From Tubiluchus corallicola (taxonomy: Eukaryota > Animalia > Priapulida), in the NCBI GenBank assembly GCA_030141605.1, contig JAQGDQ010000238.1, forward strand, positions 62,001 to 126,000: a DNA stretch of 64,000 nt, read 5' to 3'. Position numbers and translations under genes: made by a program. The notes under the pieces were generated by a model. The model had not been told where the DNA came from. It searched no databases and saw nothing but the letters and a program-made list of their open reading frames with translations. Shown one piece after another: positions 11,057 through 30,941 of the stretch (its first letter is position 1; each line of letters starts with the position of its first letter).

Positions 11057-13584
11057 TACAAGTACTCAGTGTAGTAATTCACCCGTCAATCGTCTGGTGA
11101 ATTATTTATGGACAAATTATGGACAAATGGACACATAATTACAATTATGGACAAATAATTATTTTTTCAATTCTGTTCAATTTATTTTATTGCACTAATG
11201 CTACATATAAGTAATTGGCAATATAATGACAGTAAGATTTCAGTTACTATTTTGGAATTTTGGAACTAGTTTGCGAAGCGATTTTGGAATGTTTACAGTT
11301 CGATAAGCAAAAAACTATTGTGGCTGTTCTAAATTTCATTTTTCATTTTTGGTGTTCTTTACTGTGCGAATCGTGTTTCCGCTTTTCTTTACACTCTAGA
11401 GAAATGCAGGGTATGAGGAGAGGTAAGCAGCATACGCCATCTAAGACGAGAGATGGCATATGGGTAAGTTAAGCAGGACTTTCTTAGCTAAAATTTTTTA
11501 ATCCGCGAGCAGCTGATTTCATCGTTGTTGTTATTCGAATCATGCAGTGAATGTTTTATTAATGGTAATGCCTAGCGTCCGCTTCATCATTTGTGGTACT
11601 GTTATCATTTACTGTAACTTCTAAACAGGCATCTCGCACAATTGGTTCAACCCCACATTTTTGCAGGCAATTAATATCTCCTTCTTCGGTTGGAAACTTT
11701 TGAACTGGTCCAACAGAGTTGGAATTTGTGGTTGCTTTTGCTTAGTCTCACGTTGTGAAAATTCCCGTAACTCGTGTCTATGAAACAGCGTAGTATTTTT
11801 CTTGGTTTTGGTTCTTTTCTGATGAATGTTTCCCCATTACAAGCAGAGAAAATGTTTTTAGCAGGAAAGCTCATACCGTATTTGCATTATTCTCCTTATT
11901 TTTTGGTAAGACATTATGGAAATCATCTTGTATGTGTTGCTTCAAAGCATTTGACAATTTGCACCAGCTACTGCCACTGAAATCGACCACTTGACGACTG
12001 CTGTTAGTTTGTTTTTCCTCTATTGGAAGTTACTTATAACCGAATAATCGCCCATTAATGGTGCTCATGTAAAAACTTCTGTCTCTTTATCAGCTTGCTT
12101 CCTGACATTCAGTGCGAGAAAATCTTGAGGCGCCATGATGTCTATCTTGCTGCTACAGATTTAAAAGTATCTTCGACCGGTGACATAATTTGATGTTCTC
12201 CGTTGCAGCCATTTGTAAAATCAAGTAGCAACTTTCTATGATCGTTATCAGTCTTCAACTGTGATGGTACCCCGTTTACCGCGCAATTTGAAAAAATCGA
12301 GTGCTGTTTTGTACATCACTAACCACTTTTTAAACAAGTTAGGTGAATTAGGTGGGCTGTATACGGATGCTGTGTGTAATTTTGTACGTTTCAATTTCAT
12401 CACTACCTATGTCACGTATAAGCCTGGATAATTTAATTTATGAACAAAAATATGTCGGCTGTGAAATTAATTATGTATTCTTTTGCTTGATTACCTTTTT
12501 GCTACCGTTCAAATTTTACATTTTATAGTCTAGTACAGTAAATAATCAAATTCTTTTTCATTAGTTTAAGCCTGTTAACATCAGGGGAGAGCTTCAATAC
12601 CCTAAAAGAGAGTTTTTAACATCTTCGGTAATGATGCAATTGGACCTTGAAGAAAAGCTGCTTCCCCGACCACCAGATAAATTCAATCAAAAAATGAAAG
12701 TAGGTTGATTCAGTTTACTATATACCTTGAGCATTTTATTGTACACATGCAGGGCAGATGGGAGATGGTTGGTGGCAAGTTGGCATAGCACTACAAGTCA
12801 GATAGTCTTATATATATTTATTTAGGTCCTATTTCTTTCAGTCTGTTCTGTAGTGGATCATAAGTACACGTGGATACGTGTTAATCATAATTTTTTATTT
12901 ACTGATTGCAAAAATACTCAATGAACAGTTTGAAATGTGTGTGTTGAGGGCTTGGGGTCTACATTTCTCATCTGTTCTGTAGACATTAGATGACTGTGCT
13001 TCATGTCGAGATGAAGCTTAGTTCGTTCAGTTTCATTTCGCTTTACGTGGGTTGCTGCTGCTGCTGCTAGTTTGCCAGCTGTTTTCGGATAACAATAACA
13101 TGATAGTTTAACGTATAGTATTACAAGTATACACGTGTAATATTATATTAAAAATAACCACGTGTTTTACTCGTTTCACCTAATTGTTATAGGTCTACAT
13201 CAGGACTAGTGTATTTTATTTTTTGTTTGAATATATAAAGTATAATGCCTAAAATAGGGGGCGCACAAATTCTCAACCAATTTAGAAATTAAATTTTTTA
13301 CTATTATTTCAGAGGCATTTTCGTAATGAACATCCATTTACTGAATCTGATAACTGCCGTGCGTTAGAATGTGATGGCTCTTATTTTGATCAGGTAAACA
13401 TAATTTTAATCAAATGATTATTTTTCTATGTACAGGGTGGTGAATAACATTTGCTAGAATGATACAGAAACAACGACCAATAGTACAGAACAGTATAGAA
13501 TAATTTATTATATCAAAATGTTGGCCAAACAATAGCGAGTAGCAATTATAATTTACAAAATAATGTATATTTCATAAACGTTCT

Positions 13585-14035
<451 letters not shown>

Positions 14036-14597
14036 GTTCCGAAAATTCAGTGAGGCAACCTTGCGCAACTTGCAATTATTAATACTATTACTGGTTGTTT
14101 TTGTACCCCCAAGCAAGTTTATGTACCGCCCTGTACACACGACACACGACAGAAGAGAATTATTGAAAATTTGTGAATTAATTTTTATTTTTAGGGACTT
14201 GGTATAAGACAAAACAAAAACAAAAACAAAAGCGTCGACTTCATCCTGCCAGGTCGTTTCGCTTCCGGACTTTTCATAGCTGAATCAGAATATTCCGAGT
14301 CTTTTCGACGACAAGCTCTTTCAAGCTGCCCTCAGCATTGCAGGTTTCCAAGGATTTACAAGGAGCCAAAAGTGAAAGCACCAACCTCAATTGATAAGTT
14401 GGGTTCAGTTACCTGGATACCTTTCAAGGTATTGGCGTCTGGAATTAAACCAAGTGAGCCCAATAGATGGAGATATTAGGAAATATGTTTTGTACATTAT
14501 AGTTGTTGTTGATGGGTTATATGTGGATGTATGCAGTACGTTAATAAAAGTAGAATTCTCAAAAACGAAGTAATAAAAGAATTGTGATTTTTTAGAA

Positions 14598-14729
<132 letters not shown>

Positions 14730-15234
14730 TGTGTAAAATGTAAAATACACATATCGGCCAAAAAACATCTGAAAATTCGAAATGTGGTAAATGTTGCTGT
14801 TTGTTAAATTGTCTGTTATTTTTCAAATGTTTGCAAAAATTTTGGATACAAACTTATACGAGAAACGAGAAAAAGAGTCCAACGCATGCACGGCATTTAG
14901 TCACCATCCACCTACATTATTAATAATCTTATAATGTACAACTCTGGCGTAAACAGCACAGCTGGGAATAGAAGATCATTAGAGGTTAATACTAATAGGC
15001 TCCATGGCTACATTGACGAGCAAAGTGTTAAACACAATAATTATTTTATAATGAAAGATAGGTTATAGGCTGCGAACCCATTAATTTCCTTCAAGTAGTG
15101 AGAGTTGTGTTAATTCGTCACAGTAACAAGAGTCTATGCAGTGTTATTACGAACAATTTGCAAACCTTAAGTGCTACTTAACAAGAAATCAATATTTCCG
15201 TGTTTTTCCAGAACGGCTTAGCAAAGTCACCCAG

Positions 15235-15373
15235 CAAGTTATCAGCAGTTCTCTCAGCAGTCTCTGAGAGTTGCAGAGAGTTCTCTTGCAAGTTTCTTGC
15301 CGAGAAGCTCTATTCACTGCGAGAACTCTCAGAGAGAACTCTCGAGAGAAAAGTCTCTAGTCTGAACGTGCCA
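15235..15373. mobile_element. Partial palindromic MITE fragment (GAGAGTTCTC/GAGAACTCTC internal inverted repeats; Harbinger-like end CTAGTCTGAACGTGCC)
   Basis: Internal inverted motifs are visible; only one terminus is recognisable. Confidence 0.4.
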
Positions 15374-18099
15374 TAAGACTGTTGGCAGATATTTTTGTTC
15401 GCCAGTTTCATTAAATACAGAAATATTCAATATTAATCTAAACAAAAGAAGCGTAGCAAGAAAAGATGCTTATTGTGTGACCGCCATTTTGTCTGAGTTA
15501 ATAACTGCTTGTTTTTCTGTTCGTATCCCGCATCATTATAACAAATCTTCAAAAATTAAATACAAATTCGAGGGATTTTCTTATCGAATTCGCCAGGTAA
15601 CTATAGCAACATTTACCAGGTGAGATTTAGTAGAACAAGCGGGATAAATAAGGAACGGGAAATGTCTCCAAATGAAAGAATGTAATTAATCATTGTGTTC
15701 AGCTGCACATGGTAATTTATAGAACAAATTGTCTACTACTACAAATGTTAAAGAAACAAGTGAGTCTAAAATTAATCAGTTTGCTTGATCTAATGCTGGT
15801 ATGCACACAGAGAAAAAAAATCACAGTTTGTTAAATCACACTTGTCGCATTCACTTAACAACCAATCTACCTATTCAGAATTTATCATGCCTTTGTCAGC
15901 TGAAAGACAAGAGCTTTATTGAGTAAAAAAATGGCCATCGAGTCAAACCTGGAAGTATTATGGTGACAAAGACACTAATTATTGAAATCAGATTGCTCTA
16001 CATAAACGGTTTGCGTCGCTAACATATTTACACTTTTACTTTCACGATTTCTGTGGAATAGAAGTTCGTTGTCGGTGACGATAATGGTAGTTCGATGTTA
16101 TATGAGCGTATACAGCCAGTAGAGGCTGAAGAGAGAGATTTTTCAAAATATTTTGGGAAATACCTTTTTATGCAAGCAGTAGTAAGCAAATAAACAAGAA
16201 GGAAAGGCCATAGGACTAGTAGGCGCTGACGAGTGAGGTTTTTGTAGTTCAAACAGTAAACGGGAAACGAGTCCCAATTATTCACAATAGTAGAAGGCAT
16301 TAAGCATCGTGAGTTATGCTGCAACACAGATTTAATGCAGTTCTACACTTTTTAAGGAACGAATATTTAGTGGTCATGGCCCAGCGCAGCTGCTTACAGA
16401 GCGATAAAAAACCGTTCAAAAGGATTTTGAATCTAAATTTCAGTGTGAATCTAATAATACAAGTTTGTATATGTGACTGGATCTGATCTATGAAATTAAA
16501 AAGCAGTATGAAATGAAAAAGAAATTTAACGAAAATGTGCATGTGTTTATTGCGCAAATTGTTACATCAAAGGCGACACAGGTTAATATTTTTAGTAGCT
16601 CAACTCGGTTTGTTCAACTCATTTTATTGTCGTTGAGAATACACTGTACACACGAATTACATTTAGAAATTGAAAGGAAGCACTTTCCCACATGTTCAGT
16701 CATTTTATGTTATTAGACAGCTATACTCACATATTCACCCACATAGAAAGCGAGGTGGTTAAAGAGTGTCTAGTGATAGTCGTACAAAAATTGTTAAATT
16801 GGTTAGCAACGCCGATCTCTTGTTTACAGGTGGTGCTCAGCACTACTTCAGGTATGCTTCTCTTTGGTTTGATTTTGTTCGAGGGCTGCCAGGGTCGTTT
16901 GTCAGTGAAGCCAGTCAATATATGGCTTCGAAGACGGTGTTAAGTTTCTTAAAACTCTTCCGTTTTCATGAAATACGTGCGACATGAAACTTGCTTAAAA
17001 ACTTTTTAATCTGACCTTTACAATCGTGAACTCACATAGGCAGAATAAAATTAAAAATTACGTAACTTGAACATATGTTACTCGTGCATAAGCATAAATC
17101 ATGTATGTGATTTCATTTTAAAGGTTATTGTGCTATAACTTTTAGACGACTGCAGTGCTACGTGTAAATATTGCAAATGATTAGCAGCCAATATGACAGG
17201 TACCTCCAAATTATCATAATTAGTTTCTGGATGGCATTTTATTTTGTAGGACACAAGTAAGCAAATTATAATGAAAGGAGTGTAACTGAAGTTCTGATCA
17301 TCTGTGATCTGAGATCTCAGTTTCTATCGTCCTCGATAGAACCGTGTTGCCTTTTGTCCAATTGTACAAATCTTCCAGTGGCATGGCCCTAAAAACAATA
17401 AAATGCAGGAACAATTAATATGGGAAAACTCTTCCTAAGTTGTTTTTTCGTGTATGTTTTCTGTGATGACATAAAATTTATGACACGTTCAGGCGTGAAA
17501 AATTCGTACTCACGACACGCAATTACAAAATGAAACAAGGTTTTTTATTCTCGGTGATTATTACCATCAGAATAGAACAGCATATTCTCCAGAGAGCGTG
17601 CGAAAGACAAAATAAGAAAGACAATGCTAAGCTGGACAAATGTAAAAAAGACAAAATAAAGGAAGGGGTGTGAAAAAGCAAAATAAAACGGATAACAGGT
17701 AAAAAGATGTTAGGCAACAGGTAAACAAATCAGATCAAAGTTTTTATAATTTTTGAAGTTTCTATACAACTTCTCGTATCAATTTTTTTAACGCTTAGAT
17801 GCTACGAATTAAAAAATGTAAAGTGGATTTCTCTAACGATTATGCAAAAATGCCCACTTTTTAAATGTTTGTATATTTTTTGGAAAATGTGCTAAATATA
17901 TTAACTTTATACCATTTCGTAGACCTTTTCAAGCCCCATAATTAATTAATTATTCTTTTATCCATCTAAATTGTTTTAGAAAGCAATGTAGCTTTAGTAC
18001 AAATAATTAATACAATAAAAATTGTTTTTGTCAATTAAAAAACAAAGGATGATGAAATCCATTATATACATCGGCATCATCTACATGGAGTTGTTTACA

Positions 18100-18895
18100 C
18101 ATTCATAAAATGCTTTTCTAATTTTTCTTTTCACATTAAAATTAAAGCAAAAAGTACAACCAACCAGAAATCTTAAATCAACATCTGAGTCATTCATAAA
18201 ATACAACATTTTTGGTATAACTGAATTTTTCTTAAAAATCCCAATTTACGACTGTCCATCGAAAATTTTGCGTGGTATCCCAGTAATACTTAAGAATTTT
18301 TGCACTTTCGTTTTGTTTAATGTCAGATATTTTTCTATGCGCACAGTTTCTATTTACTCTAATTACATTCGCATCTATAGTGAAAATGCCACCAATTTCA
18401 CACCTGTACAACGACATAGGAAGACAATAAGAACTAATTAATGTTTTTGTCCTATTGAGTTGCGTTTGTCGACAAAATTTAGGCTTTAGCCTTGTAATGT
18501 CAACTGCAAAATTTTATCAGTTGTAATATCACATTCTAAAAATTTTACAATATTTGCCTACTTTAATAACATACCACAAAACAAAATGCTCCCACATCTC
18601 GGAGAGCTTTTTCCAAAATATAACAACATCGTCTTCTTTGGATTAAAAGTAATACTCCAGTGTTTACCATATATTTCACATATCTTTAGCATTTCTCTAA
18701 GCTGCCTGTATGAACCAGCAAGTAACATCATCTGCACACAATACACAGCTTCAAATGTTGTTCAACGTAACAACCATACTCTGCTTTACATAATTATTTT
18801 ATAAGATCGTCAATGTATATACAGTAGAGAACTGGAGACAGTGCTCCATCCTGCCTTACTCCGGATTGAATATAAAATTCATCGCTTTTTGCATA
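18100..18895 (-). mobile_element. Decayed non-LTR retrotransposon reverse-transcriptase fragment (RTE-X-like)
   Basis: Minus-strand translation with stops and frameshifts: SGVRQDGALSPVLYCIYIDDL...CADDV..LLAGSYRQLREMLKICEIYGKHWSITFNPKKT, matching the RT GVRQG..LSP and YADD motifs. Confidence 0.85.
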
Positions 18896-19639
18896 CAACT
18901 GTACTTTTATTTAGTATTATAATTACTAGTTGTGTGCGGTTACCTAAATTATAGGCAAAAATTAACTGTAAAAACTGGTCTATACTTAAACAAAAAACAT
19001 AGCACCCAGTTTTGAAGTTTTAGCTAATTTCCCTGCTGCATTCAAACAACTATTTGCAAAAGTATTACATTGCAGATATACTACAGTATCTATTTGCAAG
19101 AAATAAAAAAGCAGTATGCATTATGCGGTATTCGGATATCCGGCAACACATTTTCCTAGAGATTTAATGTGTGAAGTCTTTGGTAACGTTTCATGATTAC
19201 ACACGTCAGTGCCACACGTTGACAATCATTTAAGAAGAGATATTAGGCACTCTTAGTACTGGCATGATAATTGCTTTTCGAAACAATTCTATGGCATTAT
19301 TTCAATGACTCTTTGAAAATGTTTGCAAAAACAGACGCTAGCTGTCTGCATAGCCCCCGATAGCCGTCGATGAAATAGCACCTAGCCCTGGAGCCTTACA
19401 TGGTCAATTGCCTTTTGACTCGCTTTTGTAAGATGTTATACAGCTTTTAGTCCTGCCAAAGCCTATACGGGAATCATTTTGTATAAAAACATACTTACTT
19501 ATGTTTACTTATGTTGTCTTCAGGGATCGTTGTTCACATCAAAGCAAAAAACCTCATTGGCGACAACTAGTCCGATCCACAGGGAAGAAGAAAGCAGTAT
19601 TACTGCAACTAGCAGACTCCTGCCCTTTAAAAAGTGTTT

Positions 19640-20052
19640 AAGATTTGCATTTGTAAGGGCGGTGGTGGAAAGCATTAATAGAATTGGTATCGATAATGTC
19701 AGGGTAGTTCCAAACTGGTACTATTTTAACTGAAAAACTACCTTGGCGACGCTTGCGTCTGGCATGTTCGTCAAAAAGTTTGAAGTTTCTTCCTCTTGTA
19801 TGGCTTAGGTCGCCCAACTGAAAAAGCCGTTAAAACTTAGAATGACATTTCCGAGAATGATGGTATGTACCAGCATGTAGGCGCCTTTCTTCTAGTGATG
19901 ATATGTGGAGTTCTTGCAATCGCTGTGGATAAGTAAGATTCTCCATACCTGCAACCCTGCGCGTAAATCTTCTCTGAACAGATTCCAGCACATCATTGTC
20001 TTTCAGGTAATAGTCATTCCAAACTGGACTTGCAAACTCCAGTATAGACCTT
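19640..20052 (-). mobile_element. CR1-type LINE ORF2 C-terminal/3' fragment
   Basis: Minus translation RSILEFASPVWNDYYLKDNDVLESVQRRFTRRVAGMENLTYPQRLQELHISSLEERR...TRGRNFKL...FSVKIVPVWN, typical of the CR1 ORF2 end. Confidence 0.88.
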
Positions 20053-22497
20053 TTAAACGAGGAAATAGCTGAAATCGAAAGCCTCGAGCTTTGGTTTGGA
20101 AACTGACATTGACTGATTAGTCTAATTCAATTCATCATTCAGTTTCAGTTTGTATTAGCGATTAGCTAATTTAATTGTTTTAATGACGTCATATCTTCAC
20201 TTCTTATACGGTTTAAAATATCCAGATTTGAATGCTTGAGCTGGAGAGAAGAAAGAGAAGAGAGAAGGGAGGAGAGAAGAGGAGAAAAACGGGAAAGAAT
20301 TGACAATAGACGAGATGAAAGAAAAAGACAAAAGAGGAAGTGACGGAAAAGACGAGGAGAGGAGAAGAGAAGAGAGGAGAGGAGAAAAAAGAGCAGTAAA
20401 GGAAGAGTTGAAGCGAGCTCTACGTAGTTCTGCAAGTGACAGCCTATATAAGGTGCTTGTGCTTTATTAATGCAAGAGTAGTATGTATTTCAGTAGAAGT
20501 TAACGGTACTATGTATTCAATGCTCCTTTTGAATCCCTTTAAAACAAACGAAAGATAATTTGAGTAAGAGTTACGAAAGAGATACTTGCAGGTGAAGTTT
20601 CACTTAAACAGAAAAACAAAGACTGAAGGTTAAAGGTTTGACCTTTTTTTAATATCTTGCAATTTGAAACTCACTACAAGTTTTTTTATGAAAATATGAT
20701 GAAAATAACCGGACATTATTTTAGTAATTATAACCTCAAAACAATGACACGCTTTGTTGTTAACTTCCCGTGCTTTAATTAAACTCTCTTCCTGTATTTT
20801 AATTACGTGACAGTGCGTGGGGGCTTAACATATAAGTTTTTATCAATTAGCTTTAGCAACATTGCGTATGTGAAGAAGTGACGTAAAAATACATTTACAA
20901 AGTTATTCTTACTCGGATATAAAATCATGGTACTTATGCTACAACATGCAGACTTCTTCAAAGGAATTTAAAATTTCAATCACAGTGGACACCTTTGCTA
21001 AAACTAGATCACCGAATCTTTGCTCAACTTTACTATGTCAACTACTTTTTATAACATGATTAAAGTAAATTGTAGCGTTGGTTTTATTTAGCTTTCAGAA
21101 AAGAATTTAACCTAGTAAACTGTATAATATTCGATACATACAAACATCTAGTTTCTTCATCTATTACTGTAGGTCGTGAACACGAGCCAGCAATATATTT
21201 TATAATCAAATGGGTTTATGATTGAACATACAGTTTCTCAATAAATAATCATTCTCAACTGTGAATTATTTCAGCACATCCGTTATTGTATATAACAACA
21301 CCAGGCTTCCTTTCTTTGTGCGTGGGCAAAAAAGTTCATAAATTTAGCAATATCTAAATCGTCATCACGTACCTAACGTAAATTTATGATAAGTCTCATG
21401 TTTAAAATCGTTCTATGATTAGACGACACATAATGCAGTTCAATACGTCAGCAGGGAAATGAGCAAACGGTTTTATCGTGTTTTAAAGCGAATATGGTAA
21501 AATAATAAGGGGAAAAGAAATGCCACTGTATATGTGCTAGTGTGGAAATGGGTAGTCCGATTCCTTTAAATATAAACTAAAACACTAAAGACACTAACAA
21601 CAACTCAGTCAGGAAAGGTTGAGATGTGAACTGTAGTAGCAAAATTTAATAATTACGGTAAGTTTAGTTTTTAAAAAATAATGGGACGGAGATGAATAAT
21701 ATAAGCTGTGACTACCAGGTGTGATCAACTTCTACTAATCCATCATCCTGGATTAATTAACGTCAAGCAAAACGTCAATCATCCTCACTCAAGTTCTGCT
21801 GACTACCCAATCAGCTTTCGCTATTTTCCACACACCGTACATTTCTACGTGCACCTTTTCTTTCGGAGCATCAGGCGCGACATTAGTGCCGGTATATGTT
21901 ATACTGTTATGAAACATGCCCCCATTTTTCATTAGTTCGCGGGAGAGTTACCCGCCTGATTCTAGATTTTATTACTGATTGACGATTGTCTATATTGTCG
22001 AATGAAATTGCAAACGAATTAATGGAAAATATAGGCCCATGCAGTTTAATTTCATCTTTTACAGGAAGAAATGCACAACGCTTACGTCTCTGAATTGCTG
22101 ATTAAACCGTTTGCTGTCAATAAAATACACAGTTTAGTTCAAATTATGGCTTTACAAGTTAGATAAAGCAACTATTTGATTAACTATAAAAAGAACAAAT
22201 TAACCTAACGAGGTTAGACCGATCATATAACGCTGCTTTAATGATCGCAAACGTCAAATGGTCACCTGAACAGAGGTGACGATGAAATTTATAACTTCAG
22301 ATTGAAGCCCGAGTAAATAGGTGTAAATGATTCCAGCCTTCAAGGTTAAACTGCATGTAAAAATCACAGCCTGAGCACCCACATCTAAGTAGCTTTGCAC
22401 AGGTTGTAGGAACGGGAATAAGCTAGTCAGCAAAATCGTCAAGCCGGTTAACATTTTTGAAATAGTTAATGTAACGCTTAAAAGATGCCATTGGGCC

Positions 22498-22571
22498 TTA
22501 TGTAAACTCGGGCAGCCGATATAAGAATCGCCTACGAAATGGAACAATCAAATTTATTCCATTTCCGTAGC
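22498..22571 (-). CDS. Candidate alternative terminal exon D of the prepropeptide (YGNGINLIVPFRRRFLYRLPEFT*)
   Basis: Acceptor tttttcaattgtctgttag|GC, phase 1 compatible with exon B or with exon C's internal donor; tribasic RRR; AATAAA on the minus strand near 21970. Confidence 0.45.
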
Positions 22572-24755
22572 CTAACAGACAATTGAAAAAATGCAAAAAG
22601 TGGATAAAGCGGATGTGTAGAAAAATACGTCGCGGGTATGATATGTTCGTATATTCAAAGGCAAGAGAGTCTTTAGTAAATATTTTTGTTGCCATTTTGT
22701 CTAAAAGCTATGCTTACTAGCTTAATTTCTTTATAATAACGACCTGACTAGGCACTCATGTCAATGCATTTTGTAATACTTTGAAAGTTTGTTGCTTAAA
22801 TTCTGCTTAAATTTTTTGCAAAGACATTTTTTGGCTACTTGGAGTTTTAATTTCTTGTAAAAACAATTCCTGATCGTAAATTTTGTGTATGAAAAGCACA
22901 AACAGAAAATGTCTAATTTGCTAATTAAACATTATAGTTGTCATATTGTTTACTAAAGAGTTTTTGACAAGAAAACCCCCACTTATATCAAGCTTAAAAA
23001 ATCGTCTTGAAATTTGTACAACTTACGTACTGCCCTTTTGCATACAGGGTTTGCATACGACGTTAGCGCTGTATAAAACTTGTAAATTTAAACTTTCGCG
23101 ATGACCGTTAGGCGCAGCCATTTTGACAGTAGGTCGTTTGAAACAAGTTTAGATAACATTGAGTAAAGTTGAAAAAATAATCAAAGCATTCGTAGCACAC
23201 ATGTTACTAACTAAGTAAAATTTTAAATTGCTGTATCTTGTCAATAAGATTAAAAATACGTTTTTTGATTAGTGAGTGGCGCACCCTGGAGGGTGAGCCA
23301 GCGACATTTTACTAAGTGGCACGAACATTTTAACTTATTATTTATAGTTACACAGGTCTTTCCTGCAGGTAAGCGAATGCTAAGTAATATAACTTTGCGT
23401 GAAAAGTTTTTTGGCACATAATTTAACATTTCCTTTTCTTCCCCTGATTTACGTTGTGCGTAGGTGACGTCATGTAATGGCGCCGTGAGAACAGTATCGC
23501 TGGAGATTTAAAATGAAAACAAACAAAAAATTCCTTTCAACGCCAATACGATATATGTATAAAATTGCAGTATAGTAATATAATTTTTAAGGCGCTTTTT
23601 CTGAAATCTACTTCAGGTACCCCCTTTCTTGTCGTCAGTGTGTTACGTCACAACGGAGACGAAGCGATAGACCTGTATGCTTCACATCAATTAGAGGACC
23701 ACTTGCACTTGTCATGCGATCTTTCATTCTTGCGCAATTGACTTGTTTATAAACCTTTTGACGAATTGCACGTAATTTTATTGCTAGTGGATGCACACAT
23801 TCATACCACGCCATATATACTCACTCATTTGCTAAATGTTTGCACCAGAAGTGCTTGCAGGGAGCAATTGCGGTCATAATGTAGTAATCTTTACTTCTTG
23901 TTTTTAAATTCATGGATTTCTTCGATGTACTGACCTGTTTCTGCATGTATTAACATAACGTCATCGCCACGTTACGCCAAACTTTACAAGAAGCTAACTG
24001 TGTGATTTGTGTCCCATGGGTGCAAGTGCACCATCCATCACACTTAATGCTCAGAATGCGGGACGAATGACGAGCATCCACAAGATTTTCAAGGTAGACA
24101 TGAGGAGGCTAACACCTCCTGTGCCTTCCGTGATGTTCTGGTTAGATTCTTGGATAGAGGTGTATTGGTGACATCGATTGGAATGATTTGTAAGCGTCTG
24201 ATGTCCCAGACGTTATGGCGAGATCACCAAGGACTGTCGGAAAAAGAATGGCCTGAGCAAAACCACGTGAAGGGCATTAATAGCTTAATGGTCTATTAGC
24301 AGAACTGACTGAGCAAAGCGTTACATGCCATCAGGCAAAATGTGATTGATGTGTGGGACATAACTATTCATTTGAAATCATTTTTGTGGTAGCTTCTGTA
24401 TTCAGCCTGGACTAAGCGCCACAAAAAAGGTGAATGGCTTATAACCAGGTATATACGTCAGGCATGTTGTGCGGGATGTAACTCAATTGAAGTTGTTCTT
24501 TTCTCTACCTTTAATATTTTGTTTTGACTAAACTACTTGAAGTGTCAAATGGCCTTATTAAAGGGGGTCTGTCAAAGTTTAAGCCTGTTGTCATTTGTCT
24601 TGCACGGTCAATGTCCAGCTAAAATTGTTTTCAAGTGCTAACACCAAAGTTTGAGCCAGCCAAAAAAACGTGAACCTTATGGAGTGCCAATACTGTTCTT
24701 AAGTTTGGTAGTTTGCAATATTCATTCCAGTCTATTTTTGGCTCACTTTCGGGGC

Positions 24756-30397
<5,642 letters not shown>

Positions 30398-30917
30398 TGT
30401 AGGTTGCTGAATACTTATAGGAATGAAGTGCAACAAACAATATCTTCAATTGAACAAAACTCTGCTAACTGTTCTGATCATGAATATGATTAATTTTAAT
30501 TGTGTAGTTCAGCGATAAACAATTGTGCAAAGAGAGAAATCGCTAAAACCAAAGTACCGTGTACTTTTCGTCTACGTACTGTGTTCAATTATGTTATATG
30601 TACTGATGCCGTTTCTGCTTTTATCTCTAGCAATTCGCTTAAACAAAAACTATTTAATCGATCGACTGCAGAACTCAAAAAATGTCCAAAACTTCTTGTG
30701 CACAAGGTACTTCAGAAAAGAGATTTCTACTGTAGCAAAACAATAATTGTAAGCGGCACCAAAATTTCACGCAAAAACAGGTTAAATTTCGCTTGTTTTT
30801 CTTCACAAAAGTGTTGAAATTTGCAGTTTTTACGCTATTCACGATGCTTAAATACTGATAATTGAAGCCGCGGTAAATACTGAGCTGATATGAACAGGTG
30901 CGATGGAGCAAGTAATA

Positions 30918-30941
30918 TTACGCAAGCGTCACATTACGTCA
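30918..30941 (-). promoter_or_regulatory. Cluster of bZIP-type sites (TGACGTAA, TGACGC, TTGCGTAA) about 520 bp upstream of the prepropeptide ATG
   Basis: Three CRE/C-EBP-like motifs within 24 bp; function inferred. Confidence 0.35.

Noticed and set aside
11550-12250. Coding-like stretch or transposase relic
   Set aside because: Short open frames with no motif I can recognise.
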